A DNA stretch of 64,000 nucleotides from Eledone cirrhosa. Taxonomy: Eukaryota. Shown piece by piece: positions 12,351-25,250 of the stretch (position 1 is its first letter; each line of letters begins with the position of its first letter). The stretch is from the NCBI GenBank assembly GCA_964016885.1, contig OZ024742.1:8494001-8558000 (forward strand), written 5' to 3'. Both the position numbers and the translations under genes were made by a program. The notes under the pieces were generated by a model. That model was not told the DNA's origin. It saw nothing but the letters and a program-made list of their open reading frames with translations, and did no database searches.

Positions 12351-15300
12351 TACAGACTCTGCACTGCTAGTCTGCCCTACCTCAGTACATATCTTCTAGT
12401 ATACTTCTTCAGTGTAAACCTACAGACTCTGCTCTGCTAGACTGCCCTATCTCAGTACATATCTTATGGTATACTTCCTCAGTGTAAACCTACAGACTCT
12501 GCTCTGCTAGACTGCCCTATCTCAGTACATATTTTCTAGTATAATTCCTCAGTGTAAACCTACAGACTCTGCTCTGCTAGACTGCCCTATCTCAGTACAT
12601 ATCTTCTAGTATACTTCTTCAGTGCAAACCTACAGTTTCTGCTCTGCTAGACTGCCCTATCTCAGTACATATCTTCTAGTATACTTCTTCAGTGTAAACC
12701 TATAGACTCTGAACTGCTAGACTGCCCTATCTCAGTACATATCATCTAGTATACTTCTTCAGTGTAAACCTACAGACTCTGCACTGCTAGACTGCCCTAT
12801 CTCAGTACATATTTTCTAGTATACTTCTTCAGTGTAAACCTACAGACTATGCACTGCTAGACTGCCCTATCTCAGTACATATCTTCTAGTATACTTCTTC
12901 AGTGTAAACCTACAGACTCTGCACTGCTAGACTGCCCTATCTCAGTACATATTTTCTAGTATACTTCTTCAGTGTAAACCTACAGACTCTGCACTGCTAG
13001 ACTGCCCTATCTCTGTACATATTTTCTAGTATACTTCTTCAACGTAAACCTAGAGACTCTGCTCTTCTAGACTATCCTATCTCAGTACATATCTTCTAGT
13101 ATACTTCTTCAGTGTAAACCTACAGACTCTGCAATGCTAGACTGCCCTATCTCAGTACATATCTTCTAGTATACTTCTTCAGTGTAAACCTACAGACTCT
13201 GCACTGCTAGACTGCCCTATCTCAGTACATATCTTCTAGTATACTTCTTCAATGTAAACCTACAGACTCTGCACTGCTAGACTGCCCTATCTCAGTACAT
13301 ATCTTCTAGTATACTTCTTCAGTGTAAACCTACAGACTCTGCTCTGCTAGACTGCCCTATCTCAGTACGTATCTTCTAGTATACTTCTTCAATGTAAACC
13401 TACAGACTCTGCACTGCTAGACTGCCCTATCTCAGTACATATCTTCTAGTATATTTCCTCAGTGTAAACCTACAGACTCTGCACTGCTAGACTGCCCTAT
13501 CTCAGTACATATTTTCTAGTATAACTCCTCAGTGTAAACCTACAGACTCTGCTCTGCTAGACTGCCCTATCTCAGTACATATCTTCTAGTATACTTCTTC
13601 AATGTAAACCTACAGACTTTGCACTGCTAGACTGCCCTATCTCAGTACATATTTTCTAGTATAACTCCTCAGTGTAAACCTACAGACTCTGCTCTGCTAG
13701 TCTGCCCTACCTCAGTACATATCTTCTAGTATACTTCTTCAGTGTAAACCTACAGACTCTGCTCTGCTAGACTGCCCTATCTCAGTACATATCTTATAGT
13801 ATACTTCTTCAGTGTAAACCTACAGACTCTGCTCTGCTAGACTGCCCTATCTCAGTACATATCTTCTAGTATACTTCCTCAGTGTAAACCTACAGACTCT
13901 GCCATGCTAGACTGCCCTATCTCAGTACATATTTTCTAGTATAACTCCTCAGTGTAAACCTACAGACTCTGCTCTGCTAGACTGCCCTATCTCAGTACAT
14001 ATCTCCTAGTATACTTCTTCAGTGTAAACCTACAGACTCTGAACTGCTAGACTGCCCTATCTCAGTACATATCTTCTAGTATACTTCTTCAGTGTAAACC
14101 TACAGACTCTGCACGGCTAGACTGCCCTATCTCAGTACATATTTTCTAGTATACTTCTTCAGTGTAAACCTACAGACTATGCACTGCTAGACTGCCCTAT
14201 CTCAGTACATATCTTCTAGTATACTTCTTCAGTGTAATCCTACAGACTCTGCACTGCTAGACTGCCCTATCTCAGTACATATCTTCTAGTATACTTCTTC
14301 AGTGTAAACCTACAGACTCTGAACTGCTAGACTGCCCTATCTCAGTACATATCTTCTAGTATACTTCTTCAGTGTAAACCTACAGACTCTGCACTGCTAG
14401 ACTGCCCTATCTCAGTACATATCTTCTAGTATACTTCTTCAGTGTAAACCTACAGACTCTGCACTGCTAGACTGCCCTATCTCAGTACATATCTTCTAGT
14501 ATACTTCTTCAGTGTAATCCTACAGACTCTGCACTGCTAGACTGCCCTATCTCTGTACATATTTTCTATTATACTTCTTCAACGTAAACCTAGAGACTCT
14601 GCTCTTCTAGACTGCCCTATCTCAGTACATATCTTCTAGTATACTTCTTCAGTGTAAACCTACAGACTCTGCACTGCTAGACTGCCCTATCTCAGTACAT
14701 ATCTTCTAGTATACTTCTTCAGTGTAAACCTACAGACTCTGCTCTGCTAGACTGCCATATCTCAGTACATATCTTCTAGTATACTTCTTCAATGTAAACC
14801 TACAGACTCTGCACTGCTAGACTGCCCTATCTCAGTACATATCTTCTAGTATACTTCTTCAATGTAAACCTACAGACTCTGCACTGCTAGACTGCCCTAT
14901 CTCAGTACATATCATCTAGTATACTTCTTCAGTGTAAACCTACAGACTCTGCACTGCTAGACTGCCCTATCTCAGTACATATCTTCTAGTATACTTCTTC
15001 AGTGTAAACTACAGACTCTGCTCTGCTAGACTGCCATATCTCAGTACATATCTTCTAGTATACTTCTTCAATGTAAACCTACAGACTCTGCACTGCTAGA
15101 CTGCCCTATCTCAGTACATATCTTCTAGTATACTTCTTCAGTGTAAACTACAGACTCTGCTCTGCTAGACTGCCATATCTCAGTACATATCTTCTAGTAT
15201 ACTTCTTCAATGTAAACCTACAGACTCTGCACTGCTAGACTGCCCTATCTCAGTACATATCTTCTAGTATACTTCTTCAATGTAAACCTACAGACTCTGC

Positions 15301-18300
15301 ACTGCTAGACTGCCCTATCTCAGTACATATCATCTAGTATACTTCTTCAGTGTAAACCTACAGACTCTGCACTGCTAGACTGCCCTATCTCAGTACATAT
15401 CTTCTAGTATAATTCTTCAATGTAAACCTACAGACTCTGTCTGCTAGACTGCCCTATCTCAGTACATATCTTCTAGCATACTTCTTCAATGTAAACCTAC
15501 AGACTCTGCACTGCTAGTCTGCTAGACTGCCCTATCTCAGTACATATCTTCTAGTATACTTCTTCAGTGTAAACCTACAGACTCTGAACTGCTAGACTGC
15601 CCTATCTCAGTACATATCTTCTAGTATACTTCTTCAGTGTAAACCTACAGACTCTGCACTGCTAGACTGCCCTATCTCTGTACATATTTTCTAGTATACT
15701 TCTTCAACGTAAACCTAGAGACTCTGCTCTTCTAGACTATCCTATCTCAGTACATATCTTCTAGTATACTTCTTCAGTGTAAACCTACAGACCCTGCAAT
15801 GCTAGACTGCCCTATCTCAGTACATATCTTCTAGTATACTTCTTCAGTGTAAACCTACAGACTCTGCACTGCTAGACTGCCCTATCTCAGTACATATCTT
15901 CTAGTATACTTCTTCAGTGTAAACCTACAGACTCTGCTCTGCTAGACTGCCCTATCTCAGTACATATCTTCTAGTATACTTCTTCAATGTAAACCTACAG
16001 ACCCTGCACTGCTAGACTGCCCTATCTCAGTACATATCTTCTAGTATACTTCTTCAGTGTAAACCTACAGACTCTGCACTGCTAGTCTGCCCTACCTCAG
16101 TACATATCTTCTAGTATACTTCTTCAGTGTAAACCTACAGACTCTGCTCTGCTAGACTGCCCTATCTCAGTACATATCTTATGGTATACTTCCTCAGTGT
16201 AAACCTATAGACTCTGCCATGCTAGACTGCCCTATCTCAGTACATATTTTCTAATATAATTCCTCAGTGTAAACCTACAGACTCTGCTCTGCTAGACTGC
16301 CCTATCTCAGTACATATCTTCAAGTATACTTCTTCAGTGTAAACCTACAGTTTCTGCTCTGCTAGACTGCCCTATCTCAGTACATATCTTCTAGTATACT
16401 TCTTCAGTGTAAACCTACAGACTCTGCACTGCTAGACTGCCCTATCTCAGTACATATCTTCTAGTATACTTCTTCAGTGTAAACCTACAGACTCTGCTCT
16501 GCTAGACTGCCCTATCTCAGTACATATCTTCTAGTATACTTCTTCAATGTAAACCTACAGACTCTGCACTGCTAGACTGGCCTATCTCAGTACATATCTT
16601 CTAGTATACTTCTTCAGTGTAAACCTACAGACTCTGCACTGCTAGACTGCCCTATCTCAGTACATATCTTCTAGTATAATTCTTCAATGTAAATCTACAG
16701 ACTCTGCTCTGCTAGGCTGCACTATCTCAGTACATATCTTCTAGTATAATTCTTCAATGTAAACCTACAGACTCTGCACTTCAAGACTGCCCTATCTCAG
16801 TACATATCTTCTAGTATACTTCCTCAGTGTAAACCTACAGACTCTGCACTGCTAGACTGCCCTATCTCAGTACATATCTTCTAGTATACTTCTTCAGTGT
16901 AAATCTACAGACTCTACTCTGCTAGACTGCCCTATCTCAGTACATATTTTCTAGTATACTTCCTCAGTGTAAACCTACAGACTCTGCTCTGCTAGACTGC
17001 CCCATCTCAGTACATATCTTCTAGCATACTTCCTCAGTGTAAACCTACAGACTCTGCCATGCTAGACTGCCCTATCTCAGTACATATTTTCTAGTATAAT
17101 TCCTCAGTGTAAACCTACAGACTCTGCTCTGCTAGACTGCCCTATCTCAGTACATATCTTCTAGTATACTTCTTCAGTGTAAACGTACAGTTTCTGCTCT
17201 GCTAGACTGCCCTATCTCAGTACATATCTTCTAGTATACTTCTTCAATGTAAACCTACAGACTCTGCACTGCTAGACTGCCCTATCTCAGTACATATCTT
17301 CTAGTATACTTCTTCAGTGTAAACCTACAGACTCTGAACTGCTAGACTGCCCTATCTCAGTACATATCTTCTAGTATACTTCTTCAGTGTAAACCTACAG
17401 TCTCTGCACTGCTAGACTGCCCTATCTCAGTACATATTTTCTAGTATACTTCTTCAGTGTAAACCTACAGACTATGCACTGCTAGACTGCCCTATCTCAG
17501 TACATATCTTCTAGTATACTTCTTCAGTGTAAACCTACAGACTCTGCACTGCAAGACTGCCCTATCTCAGTACATATTTTCTAGTATACTTCTTCAGTGT
17601 AAACCTACAGACTCTGCACTGCTAGACTGCCCTATCTCTGTACATATTTTCTAGTATACTTCTTCAACGTAAACCTACAGACTCTGCTCTTCTAGACTAT
17701 CCTATCTCAGTACATATCTTCTAGTATACTTCTTCAGTGTAAACCTACAGACTCTGCAATGCTAGACTGCCCTATCTCAGTACATATCTTCTAGTATACT
17801 TCTTCAGTGTAAACCTACAGACTCTGCTCTGCTAGACTGCCCTATCTCAGTACATATCTTCTAGTATACTTCTTCAGTGTAAACCTACAGACTCTGCACT
17901 GCTAGACTGCCCTATCTCAGTACATATCTTCTAGTATACTTCTTCAGTGTAAACCTACAGACTCTGCACTGCTAGACTGCCCTATCTCAGTACATATCTT
18001 CTAGTATACTTCTTCAGTGTAAACCTACAGACTCTGCACTGCTAGACTGCCCTATCTCAGTACATATCTTCTAGTATACTTCTTCAGTGTAAACCTACAG
18101 ACTCTGCACTGCTAGACTGCCCTATCTCAGTACATATCTTCTAGTATAATTCTTCAATGTAAACCTACAGACTCTGTCTGCTAGACTGCCCTATCTCAGT
18201 ACATATCTTCTAGCATACTTCTTCAATGTAAACCTACAGACTCTGCACTGCTAGTCTGCCCTACCTCAGTACATATCTTCTAGTATACTTCTTCAGTGTA

Positions 18301-20200
18301 AACCTACAGACTCTGCTCTGCTAGACTGCCCTATCTCAGTACATATCTTATGGTATACTTCCTCAGTGTAAACCTACAGACTCTGCTCTGCTAGACTGCC
18401 CTATCTCAGTACATATTTTCTAGTATAATTCCTCAGTGTAAACCTACAGACTCTGCACTGCTAGACTGCCCTATCTCAGTACATATTTTCTAGTATACTT
18501 CTTCAGTGTAAACCTACAGACTATGCACTGCTAGACTGCCCTATCTCCGTACATATCTTCTAGTATACTTCTTCAGTGTAAACCTACAGACTCTGCACTG
18601 CTAGACTGCCCTATCTCAGTACATATTTTCTAGTATACTTCTTCAGTGTAAACCTACAGACTCTGCACTGCTAGACTGCCCTATCTCTGTACATATTTTC
18701 TAGTATACTTCTTCAACGTAAACCTAGAGACTCTGCTCTGCTAGACTGCCCTATCTCAGTACATAACTTATGGTATACTTCATCAGTGTAAACCTACAGA
18801 CTCTGCCATGCTAGACTGCCCTATCTCAGTACATATTTTCTAGTATAATTCCTCAGTGTAAACCTACAGACTCTGCTCTGCTAGACTGCCCTATCTCAGT
18901 ACATATCTTCAAGTATACTTCTTCAGTGTAAACCTACAGTTTCTGCTCTGCTAGACTGCCCTATCTCAGTACATATCTTCTAGTATACTTCTTCAGTGTA
19001 AACCTACAGACTCTGAACTGCTACACTGCCCTATCTCAGTACATATCTTCTAGTATACTTCTTCAGTGTAAACCTACAGACTCTGCACTGCTAGACTGCC
19101 CTATCTCAGTACATATTTTCTAGTATACTTCTTCAGTGTAAACCTACAGACTATGCACTGCTAGACTGCCCTATCTCAGTACATATCTTCTAGTATACTT
19201 CTTCAGTGTAAACCTACAGACTCTGCTCTGCTAGACTGCCCTATCTCAGTACATATCTTCTAGTATACTTCTTCAATGTAAACCTACAGACTCTGCACTG
19301 CTAGACTGCCCTATCTCAGTACATATCTTCTAGTATACTTCTTCAGTGTAAACCTACAGACTCTGCACTGCTAGACTGCCCTATCTCAGTACATATCTTC
19401 TAGTATAATTCTTCAATGTAAATCTACAGACTCTGCTCTGCTAGGCTGCCCTATCTCAGTACATATCTTCTAGTATAATTCTTCAATGTAAACCTACAAA
19501 CTCTGCACTTCTAGACTGCCCTATCTCAGTACATATCTTCTAGTATACTTCCTCAGTGTAAACCTACAGACTCTGCTCTGCTAGACTGCCCTATCTCAGT
19601 ACATATCTTCTAGTATACTTCTTCAGTGTAAATCTACAGACTCTACTCTGCTAGACTGCCCTATCTCAGTACATATTTTCTAGTATACTTCCTCAGTGTA
19701 AACCTACAGACTCTGCTCTGCTAGACTGCCCCATCTCAGTACATATCTTCTAGTATACTTCCTCAGAGTAAACCTACAGACGCTGCTCTGCTAGACTGCC
19801 CTATCTCAGTACATATTTTCTAGTATAATTCCTCAGTGTAAACCTACAGACTCTGCTCTGCTAGACTGCCCTATCTCAGTACATATCTTCTAGTATACTT
19901 GTTCAGTGTAAACCTACAGATTCTGCACCGCTAGACTGCCCTATCTCAGTACATATCTTCTCGTATACTTCTTCAGTGTAAACCTACAGACTCTGCTCTG
20001 CTAGACTGCCCTATCTCAGTACATATCTTCTAGTATACATCTTGATGTAAACCTACAGACTCTGCACTGCTAGACTGCCCTATCTCTGTACATATTTTCT
20101 AGTATACTTCTTCAACGTAAACCTAGAGACTCTGCTCTTCTAGGCTATCCTATCTCAGTACATATCTTCTAGTATACTTCTTCAATGTAAACCTACAGAC
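12350..20200. repeat. Array domain C, with a TCTGTACAT..TTCAACGTAAACCTAGAG cassette and TTATGG/GCCATG/CAGTTTC/ACTATGC markers
   Basis: The marker monomer occurs at about 13011, 14551, 15677, 17637 (without the TAGAG change), 18686 and 20085. TTATGGTAT occurs at about 12465, 16179, 18348 and 18768. Confidence 0.8.
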
Positions 20201-20699
20201 CCTGCACTGCTAGACTGCCCTATCTCAGTACATATCTTCTAGTATACTTCTTCAATGTAAACCTACAGACTCTGCACTGCTAGACTGCCCTATCTCAGTA
20301 CATATCTTCTAGTATACTTCTTCAGTGTAAACCTACAGACTCTGCACTGCTAGACTGCCCTATCTCAGTACATAACTTCTAGTATACTTCTTCAGTGTAA
20401 ATCTACAGACTCTACTCTTCTAGACTGCCCTATCTCAGAACATATTTTCTAGTATACTTCCTCAGTGTAAACCTACAGACTCTGCTCTGCTAGACTGCCC
20501 TATCTCAGTACATATCTTCTAGTATACTTCCTCAGAGTAAACCTACAGACGCTGCTCTGCTAGACTGCCCTATCTCAGTACATATTTTCTAATATAATTC
20601 CTCAGTGTAAACCTACAGACTCTGCTCTGCTAGACTGCCCTATCTCAGTACATATCTTCTAGTATACTTCTTCAGTGTAAACCTACAGATTCTGCACTG

Positions 20700-23600
20700 C
20701 TAGTCTGCCCTACCTCAGTACATATCTTCTAGTATACTTCTTCAATGTAAACTACAGACTCTGCACTGCTAGTCTGCCCTACCTCAGTACATATCTTCTA
20801 GTATACTTCTTCAATGTAAACTACAGACTCTGCACTGCTAGTCTGCCCTACCTCAGTACATATCTTCTAGTATACTTCTTCAATGTAAACCTACAGACTC
20901 TGCACTGCTAGACTGCCCTATCTCAGTACATATCTTCTAGTATACTTCTTCAGTGTAAACCTACAGACTCTGCACTGCTAGACTGCCCTATCTCAGTACA
21001 TATCTTCTAGTATACTTCTTCAGTGTAAACCTACAGACTCTGCACTGCTAGACTGCCCTATCTCAGTACATATCTTCTAGTATACTTCTTCAGTGTAAAC
21101 CTACAGACTCTGCACTGCTAGACTGCCCTATCTCAGTACATATCTTCTAGTATACTTCTTCAGTGTAAATCTACAGACTCTACTCTGCTATACTGCCCTA
21201 TCTCAGTACATATTTTCTAGTATACTTCCTCAGTGTAAACCTACAGAATCTGCTCTGCTAGACTGCCCTATCTCAGTACATATCTTCTAGTATACTTCCT
21301 CAGAGTAAACCTACAGACTCTGCTCTGCTAGACTGCCCTATCTCAGTACATATTTTCTAGTATAATTCCTCAGTGTAAACCTACAGACTCTGCTCTGCTA
21401 GACTGCCCTATCTCAGTACATATCTTCTAGTATACTTCTTCAGTGTAAACCTACAGACTCTGCACTGCTAGACTGCCCTATCTCAGTACATATCTTCTAG
21501 TATACTTCTTCAGTGTAAACCTACAGATTCTGCACTGCTAGACTGCCCTATCTCAGTACATATCTTCTCGTATACTTCTTCAGTGTAAACCTACAGACTC
21601 TGCACTGCTAGACTGCCCTATCTCAGTACATATCTTCTAGTATACTTCTTCAGTGTAAACCTACAGACTCTGCACTGCTAGACTGCCCTATCTCAGTACA
21701 TATCTTCTAGTATACTTCTTCAGTGTAAATCTACAGACTCTACTCTGCTAGACTGCCCTATCTCAGTACATATCTTCTAGTATACTTCTTCAATGTAAAC
21801 CTACAGACTCTGCTCTGCTAGACTGCCCTATCCCAGTACATATCTTCTAGTATACTTCTTCAGTGTAAACCTACAGACTCTGCACTGCTAGACTGCCCTA
21901 TCTCAGTACATATCTTCTAGTATACTTCTTCAGTGTAAATCTACAGACTCTACTCTGCTAGACTGCCCTATCTCAGTACATATTTTCTAGTATACTTCCT
22001 CAGTGTAAACCTACAGACTCTGCTCTGCTAGTCTGCCCTATCTCAGTACATATCTTCTAGTATACTTCCTCAGAGTAGACCTACAGACTCTGCACTGCTA
22101 GACTGCCCTATCTCAGTACATATTTTCTAGTATAATTCCTCAGTGTAAACCTACAGACTCTGCTCTGCTAGACTGCCCTATCTCAGTACATATCTTCTAG
22201 TATACTTCTTCAGTGTAAACCTACAGATTCTGCACTGCTAGACTGCCCTATCTCAGTACATATCTTCTCGTATACTTCTTCAATGTAAACCTACAGACTC
22301 TGCACTGCTAGTCTGCCCTACCTCAGTACATATCTTCTAGTATACTTCTTCAGTGTAAACCTACACACTCTGCACTGCTAGACTGCCCTATCTCAGTACA
22401 TATCTTCTAGTATACTTCTTCAATGTAAACCTACAGACTCTGCACTGCTAGTCTGCCCTACCTCAGTACATATCTTCTAGTATACTTCTTCAGTGTAAAC
22501 CTACAGACTCTGCACAGCTAGACTGCCCTATCTCAGTACATATCTTCTAGTATACGTCTTCAATGTAAACCTACAGACTCTGCACTGCTAGACTGCCCTA
22601 TCTCAGTACATATCTTCTAGTATACTTCTTCAGTGTAAACCTACAGACTCTGCTCTGCTAGACTGCCCTATCTCAGTACATATCTTCTAGTATACTTCTT
22701 CAGTGTAAACCTACAGACTCTGCACTGCTAGACTGCCCTATCTCAGTACATATCTTCTAGTATACTTCTTCAGTGTAAATCTACAGACTCTACTCTGCTA
22801 TACTGCCCTATCTCAGTACATATTTTCTAGTATACTTCCTCAGTGTAAACCTACAGACTCTGCTCTGCTAGACTGCCCTATCTCAGTACATATCTTCTCG
22901 TATACTTCTTCAGTGTAAACCTACAGACTCTGCTCTGCTAGACTGCCCTATCTCAGTACATATCTTCTAGTATACTTCTTCAATGTAAACCTACAGACTC
23001 TGCACTGCTAGTCTGCCCTACCTCAGTACATATCTTCTAGTATACTTCTTCAATGTAAACCTACAGACTCTGCACTGCTAGACTGCCCTATCTCAGTACA
23101 TATCTTCTAGTATACTTCTTCAGTGTAAACCTACAGACTCTGCACTGCTAGACTGCCCTATCTCAGTACATATCTTCTAGTATACTTCTTCAGTGTAAAC
23201 CTACAGACTCTGCACTGCTAGACTGCCCTATCTCAGTACATATTTTCTAGTATACTTCCTCAGTGTAAACCTACAGAATCTGCTCTGCTAGACTGCCCTA
23301 TCTCAGTACATATCTTCTAGTATACTTCCTCAGAGTAAACCTACAGACTCTGCTCTGCTAGACTGCCCTATCTCAGTACATATTTTCTAGTATAATTCCT
23401 CAGTGTAAACCTACAGACTCTGCTCTGCTAGACTGCCCTATCTCAGTACATATCTTCTAGTATACTTCTTCAGTGTAAACCTACAGACTCTGCACTGCTA
23501 GACTGCCCTATCTCAGTACATATCTTCTAGTATACTTCTTCAGTGTAAACCTACAGACTCTGCACTGCTAGTCTGCCCTACCTCAGTACATATCTTCTAG

Positions 23601-25250
23601 TATACTTCTTCAGTGTAAACCTACAGACTCTGCTCTGCTAGTCTGCCCTACCTCAGTACATATCTTCTAGTATACTTCCTCAGTGTAAACCTACAGACTC
23701 TGCTCTGCTAGACTGCCCTATCTCAGTACATATTTTCTAGTATAATTCCTCAGTGTAAACCTACAGACTCTGCTCTGCTAGACTGCCCTATCTCAGTACA
23801 TATCTTCTAGTATACTTCTTCAGTGTAAACCTACAGACTCTGCACTGCTAGACTGCCCTATCTCAGTACATATCTTCTAGTATACTTCTTCAATGTAAAC
23901 CTACAGACTCTGCACAGCTAGACTGCCCTATCTCAGTACATATCTTCTCGTATACTTCTTCAGTGTAAACCTACAGACTCTGCACTGCTAGACTGCCCTA
24001 TGTCAGTACATATCTTCTAGTATACTTCTTCAATGTAAACCTACAGACTCTGCACTGCTAGTCTGCCCTACCTCAGTACATATCTTCTAGTATACTTCTT
24101 CAGTGTAAACCTACAGACTCTGCTCTGCTAGACTGCCCTATCTCAGTACATATCTTCTAGTATACTTCTTCAATGTAAACCTACAGACTCTGCACTGCTA
24201 GTCTGCCCTACCTCAGTACATATCTTCTAGTATACTTCTTCAGTGTAAACCTACAGACTCTGCTCTGCTAGACTGCCCTATCTCAGTACATATCTTCTAG
24301 TATACTTCTTCAGTGTAAACCTACAGACTCTGCTCTGCTAGACTGCCCTATCTCAGTACATATCTTCTAGTATACTTCTTCAGTGTAAACCTACAGACTC
24401 TGCACTGCTAGACTACCCTATCTCAGTACATATCTTCTAGTATAATTCCTCAGTGTAAACCTACAGACTCTGCACTGCTAGTCTGCCCTACCTCAGTACA
24501 TATCTTCTAGTATACTTCTTCAATGTAAACCTACAGACTCTGCACTGCTAGTCTGCCCTACCTCAGTACATATCTTCTAGTATAATTCCTCAGTGTAAAC
24601 CTACAGACTCTGCACTGCTAGTCTGCCCTATCTCAGTACATATCTTCTAGTATACTTCTTCAGTGTAAACCTACAGACTCTGCTCTGCTAGACTGCCCTA
24701 TCTCAGTACATATCTTCTAGTATACTTCTTCAGTGTAAACCTACAGACTCTGCTCTGCTAGACTGCCCTATCTCAGTACATATCTTCTAGTATACTTCTT
24801 CAGTGTAAACCTACAGACTCTGCTCTGCTAGACTGCCCTATCTCAGTACATATCTTCTAGTATACTTCTTCAGTGTAAACCTACAGACTCTGCTCTGCTA
24901 GACTGCCCTATCTCAGTACATATCTTCTAGCATACTTCTTCAGTGTAAACCTACAGACTCTGCACTGCTAGTCTGCCCTACCTCAGTACATATCTTCTAG
25001 TATACTTCTTCAGTGTAAACCTACAGACTCTGCACTGCTAGACTGCCCTATCTCAGTACATATCTTCTAGTATACTTCTTCAATGTAAACCTACAGACTC
25101 TGCACTGCTAGACTGCCCTACCTCAGTACATATCTTCTAGTATACTTCTTCAATGTAAACCTACAGACTCTGCACTGCTAGACTGCCCTACCTCAGTACA
25201 TATCTTCTAGTATACTTCTTCAATGTAAACCTACAGACTCTGCACTGCTA
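20700..25250. repeat. Array domain D, rich in the linked A58T+T67C haplotype (CTAGTCTGCCCTACCTC)
   Basis: Many copies of GTCTGCCCTACCTC lie between 20701 and about 24985. Confidence 0.7.
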
